Shown here piece after piece: positions 41,004-52,560 of a stretch of 64,000 nt of DNA (position 1 is the stretch's first letter; every line of letters begins with the position of its first letter). The notes beneath the pieces are model-generated. The model had not been told where the DNA came from, made no database searches, and saw only the letters and a program-made list of their open reading frames with translations. This DNA comes from Oculatellaceae cyanobacterium bins.114 (GTDB taxonomy: Bacteria; Cyanobacteriota; Cyanobacteriia; Elainellales; Elainellaceae): positions 1-64,000 of the forward strand of contig JANRJA010000193.1 of NCBI GenBank assembly GCA_033764315.1, written 5' to 3'. The translations under genes were made by a program, and so were the position numbers.

Positions 41004-41558
41004 CTACTGTTGGATTAGGCGTTTCAACTCTGAGGTCACAGTATCAATCGGTTGATTACCGTTGACAGAGACTAGTTGCTGACGACTACGATAGGCATCA
41101 ATCAAAGGTGCCGTCTGGGTTCGATATACGTCAAGACGTCTGCGAATTACCTCTTCGTTATCATCTTTACGCCCCCTCTCTAGAAGTCGCGCGACTAAAA
41201 CCTCATCAGGAACATCTATATTTACGACAGCATCACAAGATTGATGAATTTCAACAAGCAATTCATCTAGGAAAGCAACCTGAGTCACATTTCGAGGAAA
41301 ACCATCCAAAATCCATCCCATTTGAGCATCTGGTTGGTTGAGGCGACCCTGGATCATTCCTAGCAGAAGTTGATCAGGCACCAATTCTCCACGATCCATA
41401 TAATCTTGAGCTTTAAGTCCTAAATCAGTTTTTTCAGCTACTGCACCCCTCAAGATATCGCCAGTAGAAATATGCGGGATAGAAAAGCTTTTTGCCAGAA
41501 GAGTTGCTTGAGTACCTTTCCCGGCACCAGGAGGCCCTAAAAAAATCAAACGTACCAC
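41004..41558 (-). CDS. adk: Adenylate kinase (short LID)
   Basis: GPPGAGKGTQ, HISTGD, LDGFPR. Confidence 0.98.
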   Translation of the reverse strand: MVRLIFLGPPGAGKGTQATLLAKSFSIPHISTGDILRGAVAEKTDLGLKAQDYMDRGELVPDQLLLGMIQGRLNQPDAQMGWILDGFPRNVTQVAFLDELLVEIHQSCDAVVNIDVPDEVLVARLLERGRKDDNEEVIRRRLDVYRTQTAPLIDAYRSRQQLVSVNGNQPIDTVTSELKRLIQQ

Positions 41559-42865
41559 TATTGCTTCACCATCCCCTCATATCGTTGGGAAATCACATAA
41601 GTTTGAATTTGCTTAGCAGTATCGATTGCAACACCTACCAAAATGAGCAGAGATGTCGCGCCCAATCCTTGAAATGTTCTGACCTGAGTTGCGCTCTCAA
41701 CAGCAGTTGGAACAATCGCTACTAATCCCAAGAAAATAGCTCCCAAAAAGATCAATCGATTTAAGACGCGCTCAATATACTCACTAGTCGCTTTACCAGG
41801 ACGAATACCGGGAATACTAGCACCCATCTTTTTCAAGTTTTGGGACATATCAACAGGATTTACCGTTATTGAGGCGTAGAAGTAACTAAAGAACAAGATC
41901 AAAACCAAATATAAAATCACATGAACCCAGTGCCCAGGACTAAGATACTGAACAATTGCACCTAAAGACTGATTAGGAACAAATTGAGCAAGGGAAGCTG
42001 GCAAAAATAAGACCGCAGAAGCAAAGATGATGGGCATCACACCACCTTGATTGAGACGAAGCGGTAAGTAACTACTCTTTTCTAGATACATCCGACGACC
42101 CACTTGACGGCGAGCAGAAATAATTGGAATGCGACGAGTTCCTTCCTGAACAAAGACAATTCCAACGATCATGACCAGGAAAACCAAAAGCAGGATAATA
42201 ACCCCACCGACAAGATTGCGATCGCCTCCCTGAGCAAGTTCAATAGTTTGACCTAAAGAATTTGGCAACGTTGAAACAATACTTACAAAAATCAGCAAAG
42301 AAGCCCCATTTCCGATACCACGCTCTGTGATTAGTTCTCCAACCCACATCACAAACATGGAACCGGCCGTCAGAGCGATTACAGTCTCTACAATAAACAA
42401 AGGACCAGGGACTTCAGCGTAACGGCTTACTAAAATGGCAATACCAACGCTCTGTAAGATAGCCCAACCTAACGCCACAAACCGCGTAATCTGGGAAATC
42501 TTTCGTCGTCCTGCCTCACCCTCATTTTTCTGAAGATCTTCTAAGCTAGGGAGTGCTGCCGTCAGTAACTGCAAAATAATAGAAGCATTAATATAGGGAA
42601 GAATGCCAAGAGCAAAAATTCCTAGAGCCGAGATACCACCACCCGTAAGAATATCAACAAGCCCGATTAAGTTACCTAACCCGCTTCCTTGGATTCCTTG
42701 CTGGAACGCCTCTCGATCAATGCCAGGAATGGGAATGAAAACTCCTAAGCGAACCAGAATCAGCATTCCAATAGTGACAAATAATCGACCTCTCAAACCA
42801 GCGGCCTGAGCCATTTGAATAAACGTTTCTTGCGCCGTTGGAGCTTTGTCTCGATTGACAACCAT
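41558..42865 (-). CDS. secY: Preprotein translocase SecY
   Basis: LGILPYINASII, GIGNGASL, GVMPIIFA, IPGIRPG. Confidence 0.99.
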   Translation of the reverse strand: MVVNRDKAPTAQETFIQMAQAAGLRGRLFVTIGMLILVRLGVFIPIPGIDREAFQQGIQGSGLGNLIGLVDILTGGGISALGIFALGILPYINASIILQLLTAALPSLEDLQKNEGEAGRRKISQITRFVALGWAILQSVGIAILVSRYAEVPGPLFIVETVIALTAGSMFVMWVGELITERGIGNGASLLIFVSIVSTLPNSLGQTIELAQGGDRNLVGGVIILLLVFLVMIVGIVFVQEGTRRIPIISARRQVGRRMYLEKSSYLPLRLNQGGVMPIIFASAVLFLPASLAQFVPNQSLGAIVQYLSPGHWVHVILYLVLILFFSYFYASITVNPVDMSQNLKKMGASIPGIRPGKATSEYIERVLNRLIFLGAIFLGLVAIVPTAVESATQVRTFQGLGATSLLILVGVAIDTAKQIQTYVISQRYEGMVKQ

Positions 42866-42926
42866 GAAGGGATACCTCTCCTACAAAACCTATCGAAGGC
42901 GTTGACACGTAAGCCGCGTCAAGGAA

Positions 42927-43373
42927 TCAATCAACTACAGTGCAAGTGCCGCCAGCCTCTTCAATCTTAGTGCGAGCTGACGCTGTGAATGCAGCAGCCT
43001 CAACTTGAAGAGGAACTGCTAGCTCACCATCACCCAATATTTTTAAAGGACCGTCATCAGATGTGATAAGACCAACCTCAATCAATGCTGTCAAGCTGAC
43101 TTGAGTATTAGCCGGAAGACTAGCGAGATCAGCCACATTGATCGTAGTGTACTGCTGGCGGTTAATTACCGTAAAGTGCTTCAATTTTGGAATACGGCGG
43201 TACAGCGGTAATTGACCTCCTTCAAAACCAGGACGGGTACTATGACCTGAGCGCGATTTTTGACCTCGCATGCCGAAGCCACAACTCGCCCCTTGCCCAG
43301 CAGAAATGCCACGCCCAACACGGCGGCGACGTTTTTGAGAACCTTCTTTTGGTAAAGCGTCTGTAAGTCTCAT
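42927..43373 (-). CDS. rplO: 50S ribosomal protein L15
   Basis: RVGRG...[12 protein letters not shown]; start ATG 43373. Confidence 0.98.
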   Translation of the reverse strand: MRLTDALPKEGSQKRRRRVGRGISAGQGASCGFGMRGQKSRSGHSTRPGFEGGQLPLYRRIPKLKHFTVINRQQYTTINVADLASLPANTQVSLTALIEVGLITSDDGPLKILGDGELAVPLQVEAAAFTASARTKIEEAGGTCTVVD

Positions 43374-43400
43374 GTTTGTTACCAACTATTAATGCATTCT

Positions 43401-43922
43401 CTAGGCATACAAATTTTCAACAGGAATGCCTCGTTCTTCAGCCACTTCAGAGAAAGTTCGAAGCGATGCTAAAGCGTTAGCAGCCGCTCTGGCATTATTT
43501 AAGGGGTTACCCGATCCTAGCTGCTTTGCCAGTACATTACGAACACCTGCCAATTCAAGAACAGTCCGAACTGCTCCTCCTGCAATTACACCAGTACCAG
43601 GCGCAGCAGGTCTCATGATTACTTTTGCACCTCCACCCATACCATCTACAGGATGAGGAATTGAGTTGGATTTGGTTAGGGGAACATCTACAAGATGCTT
43701 CTTACCATCTGCGACTCCTTTGCGAACAGCACCAATCACATCACTGGCTTTACCGACACCCACACCGACCTGACCTCTTTCATTGCCAACAATGACAATA
43801 GCCCTGAAGCTGAGCTTTTTCCCACCTTTCACAACTTTAGTGACGCGGCGAATCTGCACAACCCTTTCTTGCCAATCCGTTTCTTTCTCACGAGCACGGC
43901 TGCTTTTACGATTTTTAGCCAT
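43401..43922 (-). CDS. rpsE: 30S ribosomal protein S5
   Basis: RVTKVVKGG...GTGVIAGG. Confidence 0.99.
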   Translation of the reverse strand: MAKNRKSSRAREKETDWQERVVQIRRVTKVVKGGKKLSFRAIVIVGNERGQVGVGVGKASDVIGAVRKGVADGKKHLVDVPLTKSNSIPHPVDGMGGGAKVIMRPAAPGTGVIAGGAVRTVLELAGVRNVLAKQLGSGNPLNNARAAANALASLRTFSEVAEERGIPVENLYA

Positions 43923-43998
43923 CTCTCCAATCCTGCTTGCTAGTCATCATCGCTCAACATAACTTTGCTCAACCCGATCCTTACTGTAGCAATGGGTT

Positions 43999-44361
43999 TT
44001 AAAAATCGAGCCCAACCTCACGGGCAGCATCTGCTAAAGCCTTGACCCGACCATGATATAGATTTCCACCCCGATCAAAAACAACCTGTTTAATCCCTTG
44101 CTTAAGCGATCGCTCTGCAATAAGTTTGCCAATCTGAGCTGAAGCTTCGCAATTTGAGCTAGTTTCAAGTTGCTCTCTTAACTCTGGCTCCAAGGTTGAA
44201 GCAGAAACCAAAGTGTGATGACGTGAATCATCAATAACCTGAGCATAAATATGTTGATTAGACCGAAAAACAGCTAACCGGGGACGCTCTGTAGTTCCTG
44301 AAACACTGCGTCGAATACGACCGTGACGACGACGAGTTGATTCCTTGCGACTCAGTTTCAT
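43999..44361 (-). CDS. rplR: 50S ribosomal protein L18
   Basis: RPRLAVFRS...FDRGG...YHGRV. Confidence 0.99.
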   Translation of the reverse strand: MKLSRKESTRRRHGRIRRSVSGTTERPRLAVFRSNQHIYAQVIDDSRHHTLVSASTLEPELREQLETSSNCEASAQIGKLIAERSLKQGIKQVVFDRGGNLYHGRVKALADAAREVGLDF

Positions 44362-44363
44362 TG

Positions 44364-44903
44364 CTATTTCTTCCCTGCCTTACCAGCTTTACGTCTAACG
44401 ACTTCACCTGAATACCGGATTCCCTTTCCTTTATAAGGCTCAGGTGGACGAACCGCGCGAATTTTAGCTGCTGTATTACCAACAATCTCTTTATCGATGC
44501 CACTGACAATAACATTTGTATTATTTTCAACAGCAAATTGAATTCCATCGGGCGGTTCGATTTGAATAGGATGGCTGTAACCTACGCTTAAGGTTAAGTT
44601 ACGACCTTGCACCTGGGCGCGGTAGCCTACCCCTTGGATTTCCAAGCGACGCTGAAACCCTTGAGAGACTCCCTCAACCATATTGGCAACTAAAGTACGG
44701 CAAAGACCGTGACGTTGGCGTGCCGGACGAGACTCATTCCGCCGATTGACTTGCAGGTTCTCCCCATCTTGAACCACTTCCACCTCAGGAGGTAGGGTGC
44801 GAGATAGCTCACCTTTTGGTCCTTTAACGGCAACATATTGACCGTCAATAGTAACGGTTACTTTTGTAGGAACACTGATAGGACGCTTACCGATACGAGA
44901 CAT
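44364..44903 (-). CDS. rplF: 50S ribosomal protein L6
   Basis: MSRIGK...PEPYKGKG. Confidence 0.99.
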   Translation of the reverse strand: MSRIGKRPISVPTKVTVTIDGQYVAVKGPKGELSRTLPPEVEVVQDGENLQVNRRNESRPARQRHGLCRTLVANMVEGVSQGFQRRLEIQGVGYRAQVQGRNLTLSVGYSHPIQIEPPDGIQFAVENNTNVIVSGIDKEIVGNTAAKIRAVRPPEPYKGKGIRYSGEVVRRKAGKAGKK

Positions 44904-44926
44904 GATTCACTCCTAAAAAGCAGGTG

Positions 44927-45328
44927 CTACCAGACGTAACAGAGTACTTCGCCCCCAAGCCCTTGGCGACGAGCATCTCGGTCAGTCATAATGCCACTGG
45001 AAGTCGAAATAATAGCAATACCAATACCACCGAGCACTCTGGGCAGTTCTTTGCGATTGGAATAAACCCGCAGACCAGGCTTACTGACGCGCCTGAGTGC
45101 ATTGATAATGGGACGACGATTCTTCCCTTTATATTTGAGGGCAATCACCAAAATACGCTTTGGTCCTTCACCGGCTTCAGAAAAATCGGTAATAAAACCT
45201 TCGTCCTGTAATACTTTCGCAATGCTACGAGTCATTTTAGTTGACGGAACCTCCGTCGTTTGGTGTCGCGCTAAGTTGGCATTGCGAATGCGCGTCAACA
45301 TGTCTGCAATCGTGTCGTTAACCGCCAT
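44927..45328 (-). CDS. rpsH: 30S ribosomal protein S8
   Basis: [12 protein letters not shown]...SKPGLRVY...GGEVLC. Confidence 0.99.
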   Translation of the reverse strand: MAVNDTIADMLTRIRNANLARHQTTEVPSTKMTRSIAKVLQDEGFITDFSEAGEGPKRILVIALKYKGKNRRPIINALRRVSKPGLRVYSNRKELPRVLGGIGIAIISTSSGIMTDRDARRQGLGGEVLCYVW

Positions 45329-45351
45329 AGTTTCCTCTTTGTCACACTGCC

Positions 45352-45897
45352 TCAGTTATCCCGGAAAGGCATTCCCAGCTCTTTGAGCAGGGCACGACCT
45401 TCTTCATCGGTATTCGCAGTTGTAATAATTGAAATGTCCATACCTCGAATCTGGTCAACCTTGTCATACTCAACCTCTGGAAAAATCAGTTGTTCGCGAA
45501 CTCCCAATGTATAGTTACCACGCCCATCAAAGCTTTTAGGGCTGACACCGCGAAAGTCACGAATACGAGGGAGGGCAAGATTAATCAATCGGTCAAGAAA
45601 CGCATACATTCGGTCAGCTCGAAGAGTGACCATAATGCCAACGGGCATACCCTTGCGGATTTTGAAACCAGCGATCGCCTTTTTAGCACGAGTTACAACT
45701 GGCTTTTGTCCCGTAACAAGCGCAATCTCACTCAGGGAAGCCTCTAACGCTTTAGCGTTTTGAGCAGCCTCTCCTAACCCTCGATTGACAGTCACTTTGA
45801 TCACTTTTGGAACTTGATGGACATTCGTATATTTGAACTGATCCATCAATTTTGGAACTACTTTATCTTGGTAAAGTGCCTTGAACTTTTGTGTCAT
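45352..45897 (-). CDS. rplE: 50S ribosomal protein L5
   Basis: LPRIRDFRG...FDGRGNY; start ATG 45897. Confidence 0.98.
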   Translation of the reverse strand: MTQKFKALYQDKVVPKLMDQFKYTNVHQVPKVIKVTVNRGLGEAAQNAKALEASLSEIALVTGQKPVVTRAKKAIAGFKIRKGMPVGIMVTLRADRMYAFLDRLINLALPRIRDFRGVSPKSFDGRGNYTLGVREQLIFPEVEYDKVDQIRGMDISIITTANTDEEGRALLKELGMPFRDN

Positions 45898-45957
45898 AAG
45901 ATCTTTCCTATTAAATTCCCTGGACTTGGTCAGGGACACAAGCTTGAATAATCACAG

Positions 45958-46299
45958 TCAATCAATAATCTCCCCAGTTTTTTTGAGCATGCGCACTTTA
46001 CGCCCATCGGCATTCAGGGTGTAGCAAATTCGGCTAGCCGTCTTCTGCTTAGTCGAATAAAGCATGACATTAGAGCTATGAATCGGAGATTCGCTTGTCG
46101 TAATTTGACCAGACTCGCCCTCCTGTTGAGGCTTGACGTGCTTGGTTTTGATGTTGACTCCTTTGACAATCACTTTGCTCATTTTTGGGAAGGTCTGTAG
46201 TACCTCACCGACTTTCCCTTTATCTGAGCCTGCGATGACCTGAACTGTGTCACCCTTTTTAACGTGCATTCTGTAACGAGTAGGAGCAGAATTTGCCAT
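45958..46299 (-). CDS. rplX: 50S ribosomal protein L24
   Basis: [19 protein letters not shown] overlaps the rplN stop. Confidence 0.98.
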   Translation of the reverse strand: MANSAPTRYRMHVKKGDTVQVIAGSDKGKVGEVLQTFPKMSKVIVKGVNIKTKHVKPQQEGESGQITTSESPIHSSNVMLYSTKQKTASRICYTLNADGRKVRMLKKTGEIID

Positions 46300-46664
46300 C
46301 ACAGCACCTCCGGAGCTAAGGAGACAATTTTGGTAAAGTTTTTGTCTCGCAATTCACGAGCCACGGGACCAAAAACGCGGGTTCCCCTAGGATTACCCTC
46401 AGCATTGATAATTACAGCTGCATTGTCGTCAAAGCGAATGCTCATACCGCTATCACGTCTCAGCCCTTTCCTGGTCCGAACAACAACTGCTCGCACAACA
46501 TCAGATTTCTTAACTGCCATATTAGGCAGGGCATCTTTGACAACGGCGATAATCACATCGCCGACCCCGGCATAACGGCGGTTTCCACCTAGTACACGAA
46601 TACACATGAGCTTACGAGCACCGCTGTTGTCTGCCACGTTGAGATAAGTTTCTTGCTGAATCAT
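46299..46664 (-). CDS. rplN: 50S ribosomal protein L14
   Basis: MIQ...ADNSGA...GTRVFGPV. Confidence 0.99.
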   Translation of the reverse strand: MIQQETYLNVADNSGARKLMCIRVLGGNRRYAGVGDVIIAVVKDALPNMAVKKSDVVRAVVVRTRKGLRRDSGMSIRFDDNAAVIINAEGNPRGTRVFGPVARELRDKNFTKIVSLAPEVL

Positions 46665-46681
46665 GGTTTTCTCCTAGCTGC

Positions 46682-46933
46682 TCAAGCCTCTGGTGTATTG
46701 TTGAGAATATCAATCACTGTCCAGCGTTTTGTGCGGCTGAGTGGACGGGTTTCTTGAATACGAACGCGATCGCCCACCTTGCACTTATTTTCTTCGTCAT
46801 GAACTTTATATCGCTTTGTGCGAACCATAATCTTGCGGTACTTAGGATGAGGAGCACGGTTCTCAACTGCGACAACAACTGTTTTTTGCATTTTGTCGCT
46901 TACTACAACACCCACTCTTTCTTTGACTGCCAT
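46682..46933 (-). CDS. rpsQ: 30S ribosomal protein S17
   Basis: [11 protein letters not shown]...RPLSRTKRW. Confidence 0.99.
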   Translation of the reverse strand: MAVKERVGVVVSDKMQKTVVVAVENRAPHPKYRKIMVRTKRYKVHDEENKCKVGDRVRIQETRPLSRTKRWTVIDILNNTPEA

Positions 46934-46936
46934 TGT

Positions 46937-47167
46937 CTACTCCTCTGCCGCTGGGGAATTTGAAGTTGCCGTCAACTGCCTTTCCCGCTCTAGTGTCAGC
47001 AGTTGGGCGAGTCGATGACGAGTATGTTTGAACTGATGATTCTTTTCGAGGCGACGAGTGGCTTGCTGAAATCGCAAATCGAACAATTGCTTTCGGGCTG
47101 TTGCGATCTGCTCTTGAAGCTCTTGATCACTTAAATCTCGAATTTCTGAAATTTTAGGTAGAGCCAT
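46937..47167 (-). CDS. rpmC: 50S ribosomal protein L29
   Basis: LFDLRFQ...HRLAQLLT; position in the operon. Confidence 0.97.
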   Translation of the reverse strand: MALPKISEIRDLSDQELQEQIATARKQLFDLRFQQATRRLEKNHQFKHTRHRLAQLLTLERERQLTATSNSPAAEE

Positions 47168-47170
47168 GAC

Positions 47171-47590
47171 TTACGACTCCTCCATTTGGCGAGCAACAAA
47201 TTTAGTTTTAATAGGCAATTTATAAGACGCTAAACGCATTGCCTCACGAGCGATCGTTTCGGAAACACCAGCAATCTCAAACAAAACGCGACCTGGTTTC
47301 ACGACTGCAACCCAAAATTCAGGGTTTCCTTTACCAGAACCCATACGGGTCTCAGCAGGACGCATAGTCACAGGTTTGTCTGGGAAAATGCGAATCCAAA
47401 TTTTGCCACCCCGACGAATATAACGGGTCATTGCACGACGACTCGCTTCAATTTGACGTGATGTAATCCAGCAAGGCTCTAAAGCCTGTAGTGCAAAGTC
47501 TCCAAATTCCAGGTTATTGCCTCGAGTCGCTTGACCTGTCATTCGCCCGCGTTGCTGCTTTCGAAATTTAGTTCTTCTAGGACTTAACAT
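47171..47590 (-). CDS. rplP: 50S ribosomal protein L16
   Basis: [11 protein letters not shown]...RMGSGKG. Confidence 0.99.
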   Translation of the reverse strand: MLSPRRTKFRKQQRGRMTGQATRGNNLEFGDFALQALEPCWITSRQIEASRRAMTRYIRRGGKIWIRIFPDKPVTMRPAETRMGSGKGNPEFWVAVVKPGRVLFEIAGVSETIAREAMRLASYKLPIKTKFVARQMEES

Positions 47591-47601
47591 GACTTACTCC
47601 C

Positions 47602-48357
47602 TTACCCTTCGTTTGACCGATCTTCAAACTGCTGCCGACGACGCTGTTGTTGCCGACGACGGGGCTGGACATTGCCTGCCGTTGGTGCGGGTTCTTCCTG
47701 TCCTGGAATAATTTCACCCTTAAAAATCCAAACCTTGATACCCAAAACCCCATAAATGGTCTGAGCGGTGCGATAGGTGTAATCGATATCTGCACGTAAA
47801 GTGTGGAGTGGGACTTTGCCCTCACGCGTCGCCTCAGTACGAGCAATCTCAGCACCATTCAAACGTCCACTAATTTGAATCTTGATGCCTTGAACACCCG
47901 CTCGCTGAGCCCGTTGAATCGCCTGCCGGACAACCCGACGGAACGAAACTCGGCGTTCTAGCTGTTGCACAATGTACTCCGCTATAAGAGCAGCATCTGC
48001 ATCAACACGGGCAACCTCAACCACATTCATACGAATTTGGCGATCAGTTCCACCCAAAACCTTTTGCAAACCAGCTTTTAGCTCTTCAATACCCTGTCCA
48101 CCACGACCCACAACTACACCAGGGCGAGCTGTATGTACCTCAAGGTCAATTTGATCTGCTTTGCGTTCAATCCTAATTTCTGAAATGCTGGGGCTTTCCA
48201 AGCTTTTCAGTTTCAAAGGATTTCTATCAAAAAAACTACGAATGATGTAGTCTTCCTGTAATAGTTTTGGATAACGCCCAGAATCAGCAAACCACCGAGA
48301 ACGGTGTTCCTGTGTAATACCAAGGCGGAAGCCAACTGGATGAATCTTCTGTCCCAC
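47602..48357 (-). CDS. rpsC: 30S ribosomal protein S3
   Basis: [12 protein letters not shown]...[10 protein letters not shown]. Confidence 0.99.
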   Translation of the reverse strand: MGQKIHPVGFRLGITQEHRSRWFADSGRYPKLLQEDYIIRSFFDRNPLKLKSLESPSISEIRIERKADQIDLEVHTARPGVVVGRGGQGIEELKAGLQKVLGGTDRQIRMNVVEVARVDADAALIAEYIVQQLERRVSFRRVVRQAIQRAQRAGVQGIKIQISGRLNGAEIARTEATREGKVPLHTLRADIDYTYRTAQTIYGVLGIKVWIFKGEIIPGQEEPAPTAGNVQPRRRQQQRRRQQFEDRSNEG

Positions 48358-48420
48358 AACAATAAACCCTCAAAAAAGCAATACTTGTCTCAGCTCAATC
48401 TAAAGTTAAGGAAAAATATA

Positions 48421-48786
48421 TTACTCATCACTGTCCGCACCAGGAGCAACCGCGATTGTAATGTGGCAAGTCGGCTTGCGGATTTGATAAGCTCGCCCCT
48501 GAGCACGTGGGCGATACCGCTTCAGCACCGGGCCTTGGTCTGCATATGCCTGACTCACTACCAACTCAGCAGGTGTATAACCCTCATTATGTTCAGCATT
48601 AGCAACTGCCGAACGTAAGACCTTTAAAATCGGTTCACAAGCGCGATAAGGCATAAATTCTAGAATAATTAAAGCTTCTCGATAGGAGCGCCCACGGATT
48701 TGATCTAAAACCCGACGCACCTTAAAGGGTGACATTCGGATGTAACGAGCAATAGCTTTAACTTCTTGACCAGTAGTAGTTGGCAT
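48421..48786 (-). CDS. rplV: 50S ribosomal protein L22
   Basis: SPFKVRRV...RPRAQGRA. Confidence 0.99.
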   Translation of the reverse strand: MPTTTGQEVKAIARYIRMSPFKVRRVLDQIRGRSYREALIILEFMPYRACEPILKVLRSAVANAEHNEGYTPAELVVSQAYADQGPVLKRYRPRAQGRAYQIRKPTCHITIAVAPGADSDE

Positions 48787-48870
48787 AACTTTCTCCTCTA
48801 GCTCTTAGCGATTAGTAAACTGGCATTTGCTGACCAACCACCAGTAGCCAATATCTCAACCTTTAACCTT

Positions 48871-49149
48871 TTAGCGACGAGCCTTTTTATCACTTTTAGC
48901 GTGACCCCGGAATGTCCGAGTTGGGGCAAATTCTCCCAGCTTATGACCCACCATCTGTTCCGTTACATACACAGGAACATGCTGGCGACCATTATGAACG
49001 GCAATCGTGTGTCCAATCATTTGAGGTAGTACGGTAGATGCCCGTGACCACGTTTTAATGACTTGCTTTTCACCTTTTACATTGAGGGCTTCAACCTTCT
49101 TCATTAGATGATCAGCTACAAAAGGACCTTTTTTTAATGAACGAGACAT
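48871..49149 (-). CDS. rpsS: 30S ribosomal protein S19
   Basis: RSLKKGPF...GHKLGEF. Confidence 0.99.
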   Translation of the reverse strand: MSRSLKKGPFVADHLMKKVEALNVKGEKQVIKTWSRASTVLPQMIGHTIAVHNGRQHVPVYVTEQMVGHKLGEFAPTRTFRGHAKSDKKARR

Positions 49150-49216
49150 ACGTCAGGTAACCTCTAATCAGCTTCAGATTTTTCACAGTGGGCTTTAGTT
49201 TAAGCCAACCAAGATG

Positions 49217-50080
49217 TTAAGCATCCCGTCCGCCACGACCTCGCTTAGAACTACGACGACGACGACGAACAATCATCGCGTTACTCAGCTTTTTCTTCTT
49301 ACGAGTTTTATAACCTAGAGCAGGTTTACCCCAGGGCGTCACTGGACCTGAACGTCCAATAGGGGCACGCCCCTCACCACCACCATGAGGGTGATCGACG
49401 GGGTTCATCACACTACCTCGCACTTCAGGTCTACGCCCTAACCAACGCTTGCGGCCTGCTTTGCCAAGGCTAACGTTCCTGGCATCAGTATTACCAACTT
49501 GCCCAATCGTTGCGTAGCATTCTCGTCGAATAAGACGGACTTCAGTTGAAGGCAAGCGAAGAGTGACAAAATTTCCATCTTTAGCCACTACTTGAGCAGA
49601 CGCACCTGCGGCCCGGACGATTTGCCCACCTTTGCCTGGGTAAAGCTCCACATTATGAACAAGCGTACCTAAAGGCATATTGCCCAAAGGCAAAGCATTA
49701 CCGATTTCAAAAGGAGCATTTGAACCAGCAATTATGGTTGCGCCTACTGCCAGAGTTGCAGGGTGGAGAATATACCGTTTTTCACCATCTTCATATTGCA
49801 CCAATGCAATACGAGCATTGCGATTGGGATCATACTCAACCGTCATGACTTGAGCCGGGATATTGCGTTTATCTCGACGAAAATCGATGATTCGATACAA
49901 TCGCTTGCTACCACCACCACGATGACGGCAGGTAATCACACCTCGGTTGTTGCGACCCTTGGCACGATGAATTGAATGGGTCAGTGATTTTTCTGGTTTA
50001 CTACGAGTAATTTCAGAAAAATCAGGATCAGTTCGTTGGCGGGTGCCAGGGGTGTAGGGACGATAATCTCGAATACCCAT
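49217..50080 (-). CDS. rplB: 50S ribosomal protein L2
   Basis: [19 protein letters not shown]. Confidence 0.99.
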   Translation of the reverse strand: MGIRDYRPYTPGTRQRTDPDFSEITRSKPEKSLTHSIHRAKGRNNRGVITCRHRGGGSKRLYRIIDFRRDKRNIPAQVMTVEYDPNRNARIALVQYEDGEKRYILHPATLAVGATIIAGSNAPFEIGNALPLGNMPLGTLVHNVELYPGKGGQIVRAAGASAQVVAKDGNFVTLRLPSTEVRLIRRECYATIGQVGNTDARNVSLGKAGRKRWLGRRPEVRGSVMNPVDHPHGGGEGRAPIGRSGPVTPWGKPALGYKTRKKKKLSNAMIVRRRRRSSKRGRGGRDA

Positions 50081-50135
50081 AATTTAAGCTCTCGGCAGTT
50101 TCAAATAGCAAAGAATATCTTTAGCAAAGCAAGGA

Positions 50136-50438
50136 TTAGACGTCTGGGAAGAGAGTAATGGAATCTCCAGGTGCAAGAGTCACGATCGCCCGCTTGTACA
50201 GTGCTTTGTACCCCAAAAAACGACCCACTCTCCGCTGCTTCCGAGGAGGATTATAAGTATTGACATCAATTACTTTGACATCAAATAATTCCTCAATCGC
50301 AGCTCTAATCTCCAACTTGGATGCCTTTGGAGAAACCTCAAAGGTGTATTTATTCTCCTCTAGTAGGCGTGTCGCTTTTTCATTGACCAAAGGACGACGC
50401 ACGAGATCCGCCAAATCACGAGTCTTAATTTCAGCCAT
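50136..50438 (-). CDS. rplW: 50S ribosomal protein L23
   Basis: PLVNEKA...YKRAIVTL. Confidence 0.98.
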   Translation of the reverse strand: MAEIKTRDLADLVRRPLVNEKATRLLEENKYTFEVSPKASKLEIRAAIEELFDVKVIDVNTYNPPRKQRRVGRFLGYKALYKRAIVTLAPGDSITLFPDV

Positions 50439-51066
50439 CGCTATAAACCTCCTGAATGGTTGTAATTGCAGAAGCGGTTGCTACAATCTTGTCCGCCGCC
50501 AACAAGTCATAAACATTAAGGTTACTGGCTGAGATTAGCTTGAGATTACTGACATTACGAGCTGAGAGATAAACATTCTCGTCGCGATCGGAGACAATCA
50601 ACAGCACCTTTTCGCCAACAGCAACTCCCCACCGAGTCATCGCTTGAAGCAACTCCTTGGTCTTGGGACGAGGCAATTGACTGGCAAACTCTTCAACAAT
50701 AACAAGATCATCAACCCGACTTTGAAATGCAGTTCGCAATGCCAGACGACGTTCCTTACGGTTCATCTTGACTGAGAAATCTCTAGGTTTGGGCCCAAAG
50801 ATAACACCACCCCCTCTCCACAAAGGAGAACGGTTTGAACCTGCACGAGCACGACCTGTTCCTTTTTGTCGCCAAGGCTTACGCCCACCCCCTCTAACTT
50901 CAGAACGAGTCTTAGTGGAGACCGTCCCTTGCCGAGCATTATTCATTTGACGCACTAACGCCCGATGAACAACATGAGCTGCATTTTCTTCTTTTGCAAC
51001 TCGCAATTCTAAAGAAGCCGTTCCTGCTTCTTCACCTTGCCAATTTCTAATAACGCAATCAACCAT
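50431..51066 (-). CDS. rplD: 50S ribosomal protein L4
   Basis: [15 protein letters not shown]. Confidence 0.99.
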   Translation of the reverse strand: MVDCVIRNWQGEEAGTASLELRVAKEENAAHVVHRALVRQMNNARQGTVSTKTRSEVRGGGRKPWRQKGTGRARAGSNRSPLWRGGGVIFGPKPRDFSVKMNRKERRLALRTAFQSRVDDLVIVEEFASQLPRPKTKELLQAMTRWGVAVGEKVLLIVSDRDENVYLSARNVSNLKLISASNLNVYDLLAADKIVATASAITTIQEVYSDG

Positions 51067-51140
51067 ATGTATCTCTACTCAATCCACGAAGTTTGGGGTA
51101 TTTGGGCTTTTAAAGAACCTATTTTCCCTATTCCTATGTC

Positions 51141-51782
51141 TTACTTTGCTCGTCCAACAGTTTTAGCAGGCACGATATTGAGCAGAGCACCTGGTTTACC
51201 GGGGACTGCACCTTGAATGAGTAGAAGGTTGCGTTCAGCATCTACCCTCACCACTTTCAACTTGCGAATCGTCACTCGACTTCCGCCAAGCCGACCTGCC
51301 ATTCTTTTACCGGGATATACCCGACCCGGAGTCGTTCCCGCTCCTGTAGAACCAGGCAAGCGGTGGTTCTTAGAACCGTGTGCCATAGGTCCTCGTTTGA
51401 AATTGTGGCGTTTCTGATAACCAGCAAAGCCACGACCGATGCTGGTTCCAATTACATCTACAATTTGACCTGATGCAAAGGCATCAGCCTTGATTTGCTG
51501 ACCTAGCTCAAATCCATCCACACTCTCAAGACGGTATTCTTGCAAATGGCGCAGAGGCGAAGCTTGCGATTTTGCCAAATGACCCAACTCAGGCTTACTT
51601 AAAGCTTTTGTTGACGCTTCACCGTAACCCACTTGAACCGCAGAATAACCATCTGTCTGAGGAGTTTTGATTTGAGTGACAGTGCATGGACCCGCATGAA
51701 TGACGGTTACAGGAATTGCCCTACCTGATTCGTCAAACACTTGAGTCATTCCGAGTTTTGTGCCGAGAATGCCAACGGACAC
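51141..51782 (-). CDS. rplC: 50S ribosomal protein L3
   Basis: GTKLGMTQ...GPMAHGS...GKRMAG; GTG start at 51782 with a GGAG RBS. Confidence 0.98.
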   Translation of the reverse strand: MSVGILGTKLGMTQVFDESGRAIPVTVIHAGPCTVTQIKTPQTDGYSAVQVGYGEASTKALSKPELGHLAKSQASPLRHLQEYRLESVDGFELGQQIKADAFASGQIVDVIGTSIGRGFAGYQKRHNFKRGPMAHGSKNHRLPGSTGAGTTPGRVYPGKRMAGRLGGSRVTIRKLKVVRVDAERNLLLIQGAVPGKPGALLNIVPAKTVGRAK

Positions 51783-51826
51783 GATCACAGTCTCCCTTAC
51801 TTTACACATCAAAAATGAGCAAGGTT

Positions 51827-51861
51827 GCGATTACCCTAGAAGGGAAAGTGCTTCGCATCGC
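51827..51861 (+). mobile_element. 27-nt HIP1-inserted element (copy 3, rplC leader)
   Basis: GCGAT|TACCCTAGAAGGGAAAGTGCTTCGCAT|CGC. Confidence 0.8.
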
Positions 51862-52356
51862 CTCAACAACCTGCATCTCACAAACTTCAGCAAACACAAT
51901 CAAGCTAAAAATGCACAAATAAATTGTGCAAATCAACTTTCAACCGTTCTGCAATCCCTTTAGGTAACAGTTTGCGTAAAGTTTCTCTTTACGTCATTAC
52001 CTGTAGCTGTGCCAGGACTTGGACAGATTTTCTACCCAGTATCCTAATAGCTTCTAAACTTAATCTCGAATTGAGCTTGGTTTAGAAACTCAGAATTAAT
52101 TTGGCAGCGATTAAACAGTATAAACAATTAACACTAAATCGTCCAGTATTTTCTAAATCTACTTAGAGCGTCAAGAAAAATAGTGGATGGTGTTAACTGC
52201 CGCTTTGTTATGGTAGCGCACTTTGCTGGCAGTTGCGGAAGATTTTTGGACAGAGATCCTTTGAGGGTATTCTAGTAAAACAACATATTTATATTTGCTT
52301 GCAGGACAACTAAGATAGATTTTGCCGTGAGATTTTGGGAGAGGGCAGAGTTTGAG

Positions 52357-52560
52357 TCAGTTTGGTGTTGACTCAACCTGTTGCCAAACAAGTCGAGAAG
52401 TCTGTTTTGTAAGTACTCCCTTCTCTAGGTAACGTTTTATAGATAGGGTTTGGAAACAAAACCTGGGGATTGTAGGGGCAAAGCCCCCAATCAGGGGTTC
52501 CCCCTTGTACCCCCAATCCCGCACCCCATTTATAGTGTCTATAGTGGCTGTGCTTAGCAT
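52357..52560 (-). CDS. Candidate small leader ORF upstream of rplC, interrupted in-frame by a 102-nt insertion
   Basis: MLSTATI[34 aa from insertion]KRYLEKGVLTKQTSRLVWQQVESTPN. Confidence 0.4.
   Translation of the reverse strand: MLSTATIDTINGVRDWGYKGEPLIGGFAPTIPRFCFQTLSIKRYLEKGVLTKQTSRLVWQQVESTPN
52438..52544. mobile_element. About 102-bp MITE/REP-like insertion
   Basis: TATAG direct repeat at 52438 and 52540; internal G/C hairpins GGGGATTGTAGGGGCAAAGCCCCCAATC...CCCCAATCCC. Confidence 0.6.

Noticed and set aside
36370-51417. Many plus-strand ORFs of 60-150 aa within the ribosomal operon
   Set aside because: Antisense shadows of highly conserved genes.
35613-51782. Absence of rpsJ, rpsN, rpmD and rpsD from the ribosomal cluster
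   Set aside because: Standard cyanobacterial gene order, not a loss specific to this strain.
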